In this document: positions 1 through 8,462 of the stretch, piece after piece
Layout: the number at the start of each line of letters is the position of its first letter
Numbering within the stretch: position 1 is the first letter of the stretch
Virus record (IMG/VR): IMGVR_UViG_3300028532_000009
Length of the DNA stretch: 13,497 nt
Reading direction: 5' to 3' (one strand)
DNA from: a virus
Taxonomy: Duplodnaviria; Heunggongvirae; Uroviricota; Caudoviricetes
Made by a program: the position numbers and the translations under genes
Notes under the pieces: model-generated
What the model saw: the letters and a program-made list of their open reading frames with translations, nothing else
What the model was told of the DNA's origin: nothing
Databases searched by the model: none

Positions 1-36
1 GTTGATCACGATGTTCGGTGCAGGCGGTCGCCAGCT

Positions 37-591
37 ATGAGTTTCAAAAGCGGTGTAACAACGAGGGTGGATAACGCTAAGGCCATTCTGGATGCGCTCA
101 GGTCGTTAACCAAAAAAGATGTGCTGGTCGGCATCCCTTCGGAAGACAGCGGGCGGGATGATGTTCCGTTTGGTAATGCGGGCATCGGTTACCTCAACGA
201 ATACGGCTCACCAGAGCAGAACATCCCGCCACGACCTCACCTGGTCCCCGGCGTTAAATCGGCAGAAGAGCAGACGGTGCCGCAGCTCAAAGCCGCGGCG
301 CAGGCTGCTCTTGATGGTAATGCTGCGGGAGCAGAAAGCGCACTCAACCGTGCCGGAACGCTGGCCGCTAATGGCGTCAGGCGTTACATGACCATTACCG
401 GCTTTACGCCGCTTGCTGACAGTACTGTTGAAGCCCGGGCTCGTCGGGGGCGCAAGGGGGCAACACTGGAACTTGCCCGGCGTGCTGCTGGCGAATCTCC
501 GGGAACCGATCTGGCGAAACCATTAATTGACACCGGGCAATATCGCAGAGCCATTACCCATGTTGTGAGGGATAAAGATGCCGACTCTTGA
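37..591 (+). CDS. Phage virion/tail-completion-like protein (184 aa), function by position only
   Basis: ATG at 37 overlaps the TGA (38-40) of an upstream frame that runs off the window start (ATGA coupling). Uninterrupted 184-codon ORF overlapping the next gene by 14 nt. Sits upstream of the sheath gene, where head-tail joining or tail-completion proteins normally lie. The same frame is open back to position 1, so the true start could lie upstream. Confidence 0.55.
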   Translation: MSFKSGVTTRVDNAKAILDALRSLTKKDVLVGIPSEDSGRDDVPFGNAGIGYLNEYGSPEQNIPPRPHLVPGVKSAEEQTVPQLKAAAQAALDGNAAGAESALNRAGTLAANGVRRYMTITGFTPLADSTVEARARRGRKGATLELARRAAGESPGTDLAKPLIDTGQYRRAITHVVRDKDADS

Positions 592-967
592 TGTAACAGA
601 TGTACTTTTTGACCCCGATTTTTGCGACTTCAATTTGTGGGTAACACGCCGAGTGCAAACGGTGGATGAGGACGGGATCGGCAGCGACAGTGAAGTTAAA
701 AAGCAGTTTGCCGGAGTCGTAACTGTTGATCGCTCTCTGGAAAACCGCCGTATGCAGGCAGGGCAGGTAATCAGTGGTGCAATTCTGATTGTGACGACTG
801 AGCGACTGACGCAGGGACAGACTGGCCGTGATGCCGATATCGTGACGTATCAGGGCCGTGATTATCGTGTGACCTTCGTCGACCCGTATACAGCTTATGG
901 GGCCGGATTCGTTCAGGCGCATTGTGAGTTGATGCCGTTTGATGGAGGAACTCCGGTTGAGCAATAA
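578..967 (+). CDS. Hypothetical phage structural protein (129 aa)
   Basis: ATG at 578 preceded by GAGGG (565-568). Overlaps both neighbouring genes in the operon. No recognisable motif; role inferred from synteny only. Confidence 0.55.
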   Translation: MPTLDVTDVLFDPDFCDFNLWVTRRVQTVDEDGIGSDSEVKKQFAGVVTVDRSLENRRMQAGQVISGAILIVTTERLTQGQTGRDADIVTYQGRDYRVTFVDPYTAYGAGFVQAHCELMPFDGGTPVEQ

Positions 968-1505
968 CACCAGTACAGAGCGCGGATGGTTAATACCAAC
1001 CAGTGGCGATCCGGATTATGACGAAGCGCTCGACAGGCTGTTAAGCCAGTGGATGCGTAACGTTTCCGGTCTGTCTGCCGGGATGGTTCGCCCGCGCTGG
1101 CAGAAAGAGCAGCCGCCACTGCTACCGGTTGAAACGAACTGGTGTGCGTTTGGGGTTATCGGATGGTCAGGTGATGACAGTCCGGCATTCACCAGACAGA
1201 CCGATGATGGCTCTCAGCTCTGGCGGCATGAAACGATTGAGTGTATGGCTTCGTTTTATGGACCGGCGGGGATGGTGTATGCGTCCCGGTTTCGTGACGG
1301 TATATCTGTGCCGCAGAACAATGCAGCACTGAATGCGCTGGGGCTGTCTCTTGGCGATTACACAGGTCTGACTCCCTTCCCTGAACTTATTAATCAGCAA
1401 TGGGTCCGCCGCTACGATATGACGGTGTGCCTGCGCCGGAAGGTTGTGCGCGAGTACGGTATTAAATCGCTGGTGGAAGCACCAGTCATCTTTTTCGGAG
1501 ATTAA
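942..1505 (+). CDS. Hypothetical phage structural protein (~183-187 aa)
   Basis: Open frame ending at TAA 1503-1505, directly before the sheath-like gene. Start is ambiguous: ATG at 942, or TTG at 957 placed 8 nt after GGAGG (944-948). The ORF-track start at 939 is a TTG. Overlaps the previous gene. Confidence 0.5.
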   Translation: MEELRLSNNTSTERGWLIPTSGDPDYDEALDRLLSQWMRNVSGLSAGMVRPRWQKEQPPLLPVETNWCAFGVIGWSGDDSPAFTRQTDDGSQLWRHETIECMASFYGPAGMVYASRFRDGISVPQNNAALNALGLSLGDYTGLTPFPELINQQWVRRYDMTVCLRRKVVREYGIKSLVEAPVIFFGD

Positions 1506-1508
1506 GCT

Positions 1509-2654
1509 ATGGCACAGGGCTTGCCTGTATCAAACGTTGTTAATGTTGATGTGATCATGTCGCCGCGTGCAGCATCAGGGCGAAATTTTGGTGCATTACT
1601 CATTCTCGGCCCGTCCACAATCATTCCGGTAAGTGAGCGCATTCGTCGTTATTCTGCCGCGGAAGATATTGGAAAAGATTTTGGCGTGGAATCACCAGAA
1701 TATAAAGCTGCGCAGGTGTTTTTCTCACAATCACCGAAACCTCAGGAGGTTTTTGTCGGTCGTTGGGTGAAAACGAAGGGAGACAGCGAACAGGCCACGC
1801 CTGAGACGCTGGAGCAGGCTGTGAATGCCATGCTTGATTATACTTCATGGTATGGACTGGGGATTGCAGACGATGCAGATATTCCGGATGCAGACTGGCT
1901 GAAAGTGGCTGCGGCGATCGAATCCTCTTCTGTAAGCCGTATTCTGGCGATTACGACAAGCGATGAGAAATGCCTGCAGACTGCATCCAGCGATGATTTG
2001 GCATCAAAACTGAAAACCGCCGGATATTCACGCAGTTTTATTCAGTATTCATCGGGTAATAAATACGCTGCGTTATCTGCATTTGGCCGGGCATTCACGG
2101 TTAATTTCAATGGCAGTAATACCGCGATTACGCTCAAGTTTAAGCAGGAGCCGGGTGTCGGGTATGAAACACTGACAGTCAGCCAGGCATCGGCACTTGA
2201 TGCAAAAAACTGCAATGTGTTCGTGTACTACCAGAATGATACAGCTATCCTCCAGCAGGGAGTGATGGCTAACGGCGATTTCTTTGATGAACGCCACGGC
2301 CTGGACTGGTTACAGAATTATGTGCAGACCAGCCTCTATAACCTGCTTTATACCAGCACCACGAAAGTTCCCCAGACTGAAGCCGGTATTACCCGACTGT
2401 TATCAAATGTTGAAAAATCACTGGATCAGGCCGTTCAGAATGGACTGATTGCTCCGGGCGTATGGAACGGGGGCGACCTTGGTCAGTTGTCATCAGGTGA
2501 CACACTGCCCAAAGGTTATTACGTATACGCCCAGCCGCTGGATGAACAGGCACAATCAGAACGTGAAGCCCGTAAGGCTCCGGTGATTCAGGCTGCAATA
2601 AAACTTGCAGGCGCGGTTCATTACGCTGACGTACAGATTAACGTTGTTCGCTAA
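1509..2654 (+). CDS. Tail sheath-like protein (381 aa)
   Basis: ATG 1509 with GGAG (1497-1500) 8 nt upstream. Size and position immediately 5' of the tube-like gene, chaperone and tape measure. From memory it resembles the DUF3383-type sheath proteins that pair with a small tube protein; not verified by search. Confidence 0.65.
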   Translation: MAQGLPVSNVVNVDVIMSPRAASGRNFGALLILGPSTIIPVSERIRRYSAAEDIGKDFGVESPEYKAAQVFFSQSPKPQEVFVGRWVKTKGDSEQATPETLEQAVNAMLDYTSWYGLGIADDADIPDADWLKVAAAIESSSVSRILAITTSDEKCLQTASSDDLASKLKTAGYSRSFIQYSSGNKYAALSAFGRAFTVNFNGSNTAITLKFKQEPGVGYETLTVSQASALDAKNCNVFVYYQNDTAILQQGVMANGDFFDERHGLDWLQNYVQTSLYNLLYTSTTKVPQTEAGITRLLSNVEKSLDQAVQNGLIAPGVWNGGDLGQLSSGDTLPKGYYVYAQPLDEQAQSEREARKAPVIQAAIKLAGAVHYADVQINVVR

Positions 2655-2664
2655 GGGGAAGTGA

Positions 2665-3105
2665 ATGTCTACCTATTCTTTTATGGATGTCACTGCGACG
2701 CTGACCGGGCCGACCGGTTCGATTGACCTCGGGTACGGTTCGGCAAGTTCTGAAGAGGGGATTGTGGTTGCGATGGGCGGTCCTAAAAACACCATGACCA
2801 TCGGTGCTGATGGCGAAGTGATGCACAGTCTCCATGCAGATAAAAGCGGGACGATTACCGTTAACCTTCTGAAGACATCACCGACAAATAAAAAATTGTC
2901 GCTGGCGTATAACGCACAGAGCCAGTCTTCTGCCACATGGGGGAATAACGTTATCGTGATCCGCAACAAGGTCAGCGGCGACATCATCACGGCACGCAGT
3001 GTTGCGTTTCAGAAACAACCGGATAACGCCAACGCTAAAACCGGTAATACGATGCCGTGGGTGTTTGACTGCGGCAAGATTGACCAGGTTCTCGGGGAGT
3101 TTTAA
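2665..3105 (+). CDS. Tail tube-like protein (146 aa)
   Basis: ATG 2665 preceded by AGGGGAAG (2654-2661). Small protein between the sheath-like gene and the chaperone; resembles DUF3277-type tube proteins from memory. Confidence 0.65.
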   Translation: MSTYSFMDVTATLTGPTGSIDLGYGSASSEEGIVVAMGGPKNTMTIGADGEVMHSLHADKSGTITVNLLKTSPTNKKLSLAYNAQSQSSATWGNNVIVIRNKVSGDIITARSVAFQKQPDNANAKTGNTMPWVFDCGKIDQVLGEF

Positions 3106-3108
3106 TGC

Positions 3109-3561
3109 ATGGAATTCGAAATTAAAGGCGTGAAATATCGCACGGCAAAACTCAGCGTTTTTGACCAGTTGAAAGTGACCCGCAAACTTCTGCCGGTGCT
3201 GGCAGGAATGATGTCAGATTTCGGGAGCATTCGCTCCCGTTTGCCTGCTGATGGCAAAATCGACACCGTGAAATTCGAGCAGTTAAAACCGGTGTTTGAA
3301 ACCATGCTCCCGCGTATCGCTGAGGAACTGTCTTCCCTGACCGAAGATGACACCGATGCGATTATTCATCCCTGTCTTGCGGTGGTATCGCGGCGTCATA
3401 TGGACGGATGGGTGCCAGTATTTACTCGGGGCGAACTGATGTTTGATGATATTGACCTGCTGGTCATGCTTCATCTGGTGGCGCGGGTGGTCGCCGATTC
3501 GCTGGGAAATTTTTTGCCTACACCCCTTACCAGCACGACGCAGAGCCTGCAACAGGGCTGA
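3109..3561 (+). CDS. Tail assembly chaperone (150 aa), zero-frame product
   Basis: ATG 3109 with GGGGAG (3094-3099) upstream, stop TGA 3559-3561. Lies immediately 5' of the tape measure gene and contains an in-phase slippery run followed by an open -1 frame (see next two features). Confidence 0.65.
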   Translation: MEFEIKGVKYRTAKLSVFDQLKVTRKLLPVLAGMMSDFGSIRSRLPADGKIDTVKFEQLKPVFETMLPRIAEELSSLTEDDTDAIIHPCLAVVSRRHMDGWVPVFTRGELMFDDIDLLVMLHLVARVVADSLGNFLPTPLTSTTQSLQQG

Positions 3562-3749
3562 CGTTTAACAGCCTGCCGGACGGGCTGTCCTACCTTCTCA
3601 ATCCGGTTGACGCCGGGTTAATTCCTTATACAGCACTTAAAGATGGCTCTGTCGATTTGTACGACATTGCTCTCTTGAATGACCATCTGGCGGTAAAAGC
3701 GGATAACCAGCGGCGCATTGAGAAATGGAGAGAGGATAATGAACGCTGA
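3109..3749 (+). CDS. Tail assembly chaperone, putative -1 frameshift fusion product (~213 aa)
   Basis: The -1 frame relative to the chaperone is open from 3456 to TGA 3747-3749. A slip at T_TTT_TTG (3510-3516) would append ~79 codons (FAYTPYQHDAEPATGLTFNSLPDGLSYLLNPVDAGLIPYTALKDGSVDLYDIALLNDHLAVKADNQRRIEKWREDNER) that read like genuine protein. Analogous to the lambda G/GT arrangement. Confidence 0.45.
3510..3516 (+). other. Candidate -1 ribosomal slippery heptamer T_TTT_TTG
   Basis: Six consecutive T then G, phased as X_XXY_YYZ in the chaperone frame (codons AAT 3508-3510, TTT 3511-3513, TTG 3514-3516). It lies inside the ~105-nt overlap between the zero frame and the open -1 frame. Confidence 0.4.
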
Positions 3750-5745
3750 AACTATTAAAGATTTCCTCGTCTCGCTTGGCTTCAGTGTGGATGATGCAGG
3801 AGCGAAAAAGTTCGGTTCTGTCCTCGCCGGTACAACTGCAAATGTCATCAAAATGGGGCTGGCCGTCGAAGGAACTGCACTGTCCGTGGTGGCCTTCACG
3901 GCTAAGATCGCCTCCGGTCTGGATAATCTTTACTGGGCGTCACAGCGCACCGGCGCGACGGTCCATGGAATTCAGTCTATTGGCTATGCGGTTTCGCAGG
4001 TTGGCGGCAGTGCAGACGCTGCGCGCGGGTCACTGGAGAGCCTTGCCCGTTTTATCCGTAATAGCCCCGGGGCTGAGGGATTTCTGAATCGCCTGGGCGT
4101 ACAGACCCGTGATGCCAGCGGTAACATGCGTGACATGGCTGCTATCTTTACGGGCGTTGGACAGAAACTCAGCAGCATGCCGTATTACCGGGCTAACCAG
4201 TATGCGCAGATGCTGGGCATTGACGAAAATACCCTGATGGCTATGCGTCGCGGAGTGGGGCAGTTCAGCGCTCAGTATTCAGAAATGGTGAAAGCGATCG
4301 GATTTAATGCCGATCAGGCTGCCTTATCGTCAAACCGGTTTATGACCTCGCTGAAATCGCTCGGTGAAATGGCCGGGATGGCGCGGGACAAAATCGGATC
4401 GAATCTTGCGGACGGACTGGCGGGGCAGATTGATAACCTGCGCAAAAAGATAATTGAAAATTTTCCCAAAATTGAAGTCACCATCACAAAGGTCATAAAA
4501 GGGATCCTCTGGCTGGGTGAGATAGTCGGGCGGGTTGCATTTCGGATAGTCGATGGTGTCGGAGATATCATCGAGTGGTGGGGAAAACTGGATGCCGAAA
4601 CGAAAACCCTGATAGAGGTTATCGGCGGCCTGGTTGTCGCCATGCGGATACTTAACTCTACTTTCTGGATGTCACCTATAGGGCTGATTACTGGTCTGAT
4701 CGTGGCTCTCGGTCTCTTGTGGGAAGACTACAAAACATGGAAAGAAGGCGGTAACAGCCTTATCGACTGGGAAAAATGGCAACCGGCAATAGATAAAGCG
4801 AAGGATGCGATCACCTGGTTCCGCGACAAATTACTCGAGCTGAAAGACAGCGTGGGGGGATGGCAAAAATCACTGGAAATCCTCGGTACATTCATCGCGG
4901 GTGTCTGGATATCCAAGGTTCTGGGGGCTTTCGGAAAAATATCAGGTTTGCCGGTCCCAGCCTGGCTTAAATTGTGGGCGCTTTACGCAGGTTATATTGT
5001 TAGTGACAGAGAAAATATTGCCGATAGCGCAAAATCTTCACTGAGGTATACGAAGCGAATTATCGGCGACACGCTGGCTGCTATTGGTATAAAAACAGAT
5101 ATCGGACGCAGGGATGTCAGTGAGGTCCGTGAATGGCCTGCGTGGATGGACTGGTTGCACGGGGGACCCGGTAAAGTTATCCGGCAGGGACAGAGTAACG
5201 GTGTAGTGCATGGCTCCAACGTCCAGCCCGACATCCCCGGCGGCGGTACTCTTGCTGATCGCAACAATAACCCCGGGAACATTCGCCCGGTGAGCGGTAA
5301 AGGGTTCCGGTTTTTCGAATCAGCTCTTGAGGGCTGGGAGGCGATGAAAAACCAGCTCATGCGTTACTTTACCGGGAAAACAACCGGACGAGCATTACAG
5401 ACTATTCAGGATATTGTCAGTACCTGGGCCCCGGCAGGTGATAACAACGATCCGAAAAAGTATGCACAGGATGTTGCGAAATGGATGGGAGTATCACCGA
5501 ATGCAATATTGAATCTTACAGATCCCCAGACTATGGGAGCATTGATGCAGTCGATGGCGCGCAAAGAAGGTTATTCAAACTGGAACAGCCCGCTGGCGTA
5601 TCAGGCCGCCGCTGGCAGCCTTAACCAGCAGACTGTTATAAATGTTCATGGAGTTAACAACCCTCAGGAGGCGGCTAATCTGATCGCTGACAAGCAGGGG
5701 GCTGTAAATGCCAGGGCGGTACAGCAATTGAAAGGACCTGCGTAA
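3739..5745 (+). CDS. Tail tape measure protein (668 aa)
   Basis: ATG 3739 preceded by GGAGAGAGG (3726-3734); the ORF-track start at 3718 is a TTG with no RBS. Largest gene in the cluster, located after the chaperone. Two long hydrophobic segments (about 4610-4725 and 4873-5010) and a hydrophilic C-terminal module. Confidence 0.85.
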   Translation: MNAETIKDFLVSLGFSVDDAGAKKFGSVLAGTTANVIKMGLAVEGTALSVVAFTAKIASGLDNLYWASQRTGATVHGIQSIGYAVSQVGGSADAARGSLESLARFIRNSPGAEGFLNRLGVQTRDASGNMRDMAAIFTGVGQKLSSMPYYRANQYAQMLGIDENTLMAMRRGVGQFSAQYSEMVKAIGFNADQAALSSNRFMTSLKSLGEMAGMARDKIGSNLADGLAGQIDNLRKKIIENFPKIEVTITKVIKGILWLGEIVGRVAFRIVDGVGDIIEWWGKLDAETKTLIEVIGGLVVAMRILNSTFWMSPIGLITGLIVALGLLWEDYKTWKEGGNSLIDWEKWQPAIDKAKDAITWFRDKLLELKDSVGGWQKSLEILGTFIAGVWISKVLGAFGKISGLPVPAWLKLWALYAGYIVSDRENIADSAKSSLRYTKRIIGDTLAAIGIKTDIGRRDVSEVREWPAWMDWLHGGPGKVIRQGQSNGVVHGSNVQPDIPGGGTLADRNNNPGNIRPVSGKGFRFFESALEGWEAMKNQLMRYFTGKTTGRALQTIQDIVSTWAPAGDNNDPKKYAQDVAKWMGVSPNAILNLTDPQTMGALMQSMARKEGYSNWNSPLAYQAAAGSLNQQTVINVHGVNNPQEAANLIADKQGAVNARAVQQLKGPA

Positions 5746-6395
5746 TGGACTTTTTATCTGTTTTACTGCAGCAGCAAACCCGCTCAATAGGAATCATTAT
5801 TCCTGATGTGGTTATTACCGAAAAGCACACTGACGCCCTGGAAATTACGGAACATCCGGTTGAACAGCCCACGAATGCTGGTGCCAGTGGTGAGGGCGCT
5901 GGTTATATATCAGAACACGCATTCAGGCGCCCTTCTGAGGTTGTGATGGAAACCGGTTTTTCCGGAGGCGGATCGCTGCTTGATTTTGCCAGTAACCTGA
6001 CGGCTACCAGTTTACTGGGGCTGAGCCCGAAAGAACTGTATCAGGAACTGCTTAACCTGCAGCGGAATCGTATTCCTTTCGATGTGACAACCGGCAAGCG
6101 TATTTACAACAATATGTTGATAAAAACGCTGGAGGTTACGACCGATAAGAGTAGTGAAAATGTGCTTCTGGCGACACTTACCCTCAGGGAAGTAATTATT
6201 ACCTCCACGCAGTCAGTCAGGGTTGCCCCGAAAAACAATATGACCGAGGGAGTCGGAACGTCTGCTGTGCAGAATACAGGCACCAAAACAACGGGGCTGC
6301 CGAATAATTCCATTCTGAAATCGCTGCCACAGATGGCGCAAGAAGGTATCTCCACTGTTGATGGGTATTTGAGCAATTTATTTCTGGGAAGGTGA
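5745..6395 (+). CDS. Post-tape-measure tail/baseplate protein (216 aa), function unassigned
   Basis: ATG 5745 overlaps the tape measure stop (TAATG), with AAAGGA upstream (5729-5734). The position corresponds to the distal tail or baseplate initiator of contractile tails. No diagnostic motif recognised. Confidence 0.55.
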   Translation: MDFLSVLLQQQTRSIGIIIPDVVITEKHTDALEITEHPVEQPTNAGASGEGAGYISEHAFRRPSEVVMETGFSGGGSLLDFASNLTATSLLGLSPKELYQELLNLQRNRIPFDVTTGKRIYNNMLIKTLEVTTDKSSENVLLATLTLREVIITSTQSVRVAPKNNMTEGVGTSAVQNTGTKTTGLPNNSILKSLPQMAQEGISTVDGYLSNLFLGR

Positions 6396-6398
6396 TTC

Positions 6399-6701
6399 AT
6401 GCAAGCCGTAGAAATCCCACTGGTTGCTGACAATCAGACTTTTGCCACCACAATTAACGGTTCGGTTTATCACCTGTCTGTCATCTGGCGAGGCGAGTAC
6501 TGGGTTCTGGATCTTGCTGGCAGCAATGGCTCCGCCATTATATCAGGTATACCGATGATTACTGGGGCTGACCTGCTGGCACAGTATCGATATATGGATC
6601 TGGGTTTTTCTCTGGTGGTGCTCTGCGACGTGGCAGGGCAGGAGAATCCGACGCAATTCGATCTTGGAACGCTCTCACACCTCTATGTTTTCACGGAGTA
6701 A
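6399..6701 (+). CDS. Small tail/baseplate protein (100 aa)
   Basis: ATG 6399 preceded by AAGGTGA (6389-6395). Tightly packed between neighbouring tail genes. Confidence 0.5.
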   Translation: MQAVEIPLVADNQTFATTINGSVYHLSVIWRGEYWVLDLAGSNGSAIISGIPMITGADLLAQYRYMDLGFSLVVLCDVAGQENPTQFDLGTLSHLYVFTE

Positions 6702-6703
6702 CA

Positions 6704-7735
6704 ATGTCGAAAAACTGGATGCGTCACTTTGAATTATTGCTTGTTGATGATAAGGGCGACGGGATAAAAATTTCTGAGCTTAAAGTCACTTTCAATATTC
6801 AGAAAATGCCTGCGACCATATTTAATGGATTCGTTGGAAATTTTAAGGTTTATAACCTGTCTCCTACCACTCAGAACCGGATTATGCAGAAGGAGTTTTC
6901 GCGTATACAGGTTATTGCCGGATACAAGGGGCAACCGGATGCAGCAGGTAATTATCCTGATGAAAACGTTGGTATGATATTCAATGGAGATATCCGTTTT
7001 ACTGTCACTGGTAAAGATAATGCCACAGACAGTTGGATCATGTTGCAGTGTATTGACAGCTGGGAAGGCCACCTGAACGCAAGTGTGAAAACCACAGTGG
7101 CATCTGGCTGGAAGTACAGAGATCTTTTCAGTCTGGGTATGAAATCATTCGAACCATATGGCATCGAATCCGGCGCAGTTCCTGACATGCCTGAAACGGT
7201 ATTTCCCCGGGGTCGCGTTGTTTATCAAAACACATCAAGGTTGATGAATCATATCGCAGGGCAGTGTAAGGCTAACTGGTGGTATGAAAATAATCTGGTA
7301 AATATTGTTCCTGAAGATAAATATATTGGTGTTGCTACGGTGTTGAATGCTAACACCGGGCTTATCGGTATGCCACAGCAGACGATGGGAGCTGGCGTAA
7401 ATGTCAGATGCCTGATTAATCCAAATATTAAGCTCGGTGGGCTTATTCGTCTGGATCAGGCATCTGTATACCGTGCCTCTTTGAGTAATGACCAGGTAGC
7501 GAAATCGCCAGCACGACTGGATGAGTCTGAAAGCGACGGTAATCTCTACGTTAACGGTCTGCCAGGCATGTCACAGCCTGCCAGCATTAATACTGACGGT
7601 GATTACATTGTGGGCAGCATTGATTATACTGGCGACACCCGAGGGCAGGCGTGGTATATGGACCTGCTTTGCCTGGCTAAAGGTGGCAAAGAATTGCTTA
7701 ACTCGAAAGGGATTGATGCGGCGAAATACACATGA
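6704..7735 (+). CDS. Baseplate hub-like protein (343 aa)
   Basis: ATG 6704 with GGAG (6695-6698) upstream. Size and position between tape measure and spike match a hub of the gpD/Mu-P/XkdQ class. Looks more AT-rich than flanking genes by eye. Assignment is by synteny. Confidence 0.55.
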   Translation: MSKNWMRHFELLLVDDKGDGIKISELKVTFNIQKMPATIFNGFVGNFKVYNLSPTTQNRIMQKEFSRIQVIAGYKGQPDAAGNYPDENVGMIFNGDIRFTVTGKDNATDSWIMLQCIDSWEGHLNASVKTTVASGWKYRDLFSLGMKSFEPYGIESGAVPDMPETVFPRGRVVYQNTSRLMNHIAGQCKANWWYENNLVNIVPEDKYIGVATVLNANTGLIGMPQQTMGAGVNVRCLINPNIKLGGLIRLDQASVYRASLSNDQVAKSPARLDESESDGNLYVNGLPGMSQPASINTDGDYIVGSIDYTGDTRGQAWYMDLLCLAKGGKELLNSKGIDAAKYT

Positions 7736-8067
7736 AAAGACCATTGTTGACAGTTTTACTTGTCTGTATCTCCTTCATTTCCTTTGCTGATACCGGTTGC
7801 GGACCATTTACGATCAACTGGAAAGCGCAAGACGGACTTGCAAGGATTAATGGACAGAAACCGGAGACACAGAAAATCATCTTTCTCAAACAGGAAGGTG
7901 ATTATGACAATGTGAACATCCAATGGATGATTCCGGGTAATGGGCGTTGGTTAGGGATGGATTTTGTGGCCAGAAATGGCAAGCCGATCCTCAACGTTGA
8001 AGTTATCCGCAAAAATATGGACGAGCCTCGGGAGTTCTGGACGTATGATTGCCGGAAGGTGAAGTGA
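7732..8067 (+). CDS. Small secreted protein of unknown function (111 aa) with N-terminal signal peptide; accessory (moron) gene
   Basis: ATG 7732 overlaps the hub stop (ATGA). N-terminus MKRPLLTVLLVCISFISFA followed by DTG is a typical Sec signal peptide with an AxA-like cleavage site. The mature part has two Cys, one near each end. The RBS is weak, so expression probably depends on coupling to the hub gene. Confidence 0.6.
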   Translation: MKRPLLTVLLVCISFISFADTGCGPFTINWKAQDGLARINGQKPETQKIIFLKQEGDYDNVNIQWMIPGNGRWLGMDFVARNGKPILNVEVIRKNMDEPREFWTYDCRKVK

Positions 8068-8142
8068 ATTACATTGGCGTCCAGCTTCTGCAGAACAGCA
8101 TGGATGCGCCGAAAATCATCGGTTCCTTTCCATGCAAAAAGA

Positions 8143-8170
8143 TTGTTGATTAATCACTCGTAATTATAAT
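8143..8170 (+). promoter_or_regulatory. Sigma70-like promoter for the small membrane-protein gene
   Basis: TTGTTG (8143-8148), 16-bp spacer, consensus TATAAT (8165-8170), about 37 nt upstream of ATG 8207. Short inverted repeat ATCAC (8153-8157) / GTGAT (8171-8175) brackets the -10 box and could be an operator. Confidence 0.5.
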
Positions 8171-8206
8171 GTGATACTTCTACTTTCACGATAAGGAATT
8201 TGTCAC

Positions 8207-8446
8207 ATGTTCGGATTTGATAAATTAATAACTCCAAAAATCATCAACGTTCTGTATGGCATCACAATGTTACTTCTGGTTGTTGCCGCCATTATAACGT
8301 TTGTTAATGGGAAGGCTGCTGGCGCTTTAGTGCTTTTGTTATGTGCTGTATTTTGCCGAATATTCTTTGAGTGCATCATGGTTTCATTTAAAAACAATGA
8401 GTATCTTCGCCGAATAGCTGAAGCGTTAGAAGCAAACAAGCAGTAA
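8207..8446 (+). CDS. Small two-helix inner-membrane protein (79 aa), possibly DUF4282-like; accessory (moron) gene
   Basis: ATG 8207 with AAGGA (8193-8197) upstream. Two hydrophobic helices (INVLYGITMLLLVVAAIITFV and ALVLLLCAVFCRIFFECIMVSF) and an amphipathic charged tail. The N-terminal FGFDKLITPKIINVLYGI motif matches my recollection of DUF4282 small membrane proteins (unverified). Has its own promoter and terminator and is AT-rich. Confidence 0.7.
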   Translation: MFGFDKLITPKIINVLYGITMLLLVVAAIITFVNGKAAGALVLLLCAVFCRIFFECIMVSFKNNEYLRRIAEALEANKQ

Positions 8447-8462
8447 TGAAACTTCAATAATG

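Noticed and set aside
119-391. Alternative-frame plus-strand ORFs nested within genes (119-391, 3776-4087, 8783-9073, 9379-9588, 10934-11239)
   Set aside because: They overlap longer, translationally coupled ORFs in another frame and have Arg/Ser/Cys-rich composition typical of out-of-frame translation.
554-970. 138-aa minus-strand ORF, and similar antisense ORFs at 2673-2990, 4992-5360, 9853-10290 and 11447-11896
   Set aside because: Each lies entirely inside a well-supported plus-strand tail gene, lacks an RBS and reads as a shadow ORF of GC-rich coding sequence.
3718-3738. TTG start at 3718 for the tape measure gene, as given in the ORF track
   Set aside because: The ATG at 3739 has a well-spaced RBS (GGAGAGAGG, 3726-3734); the TTG at 3718 has none.
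7732-7770. Lipoprotein signal (Cys at residue 12 after LLV) in the secreted protein
   Set aside because: The residue before the Cys is Val, not Gly/Ala/Ser, and the hydrophobic region continues past the Cys to an AxA-like site. Signal peptidase I cleavage after residue 19 is more likely, though a lipoprotein is not excluded.
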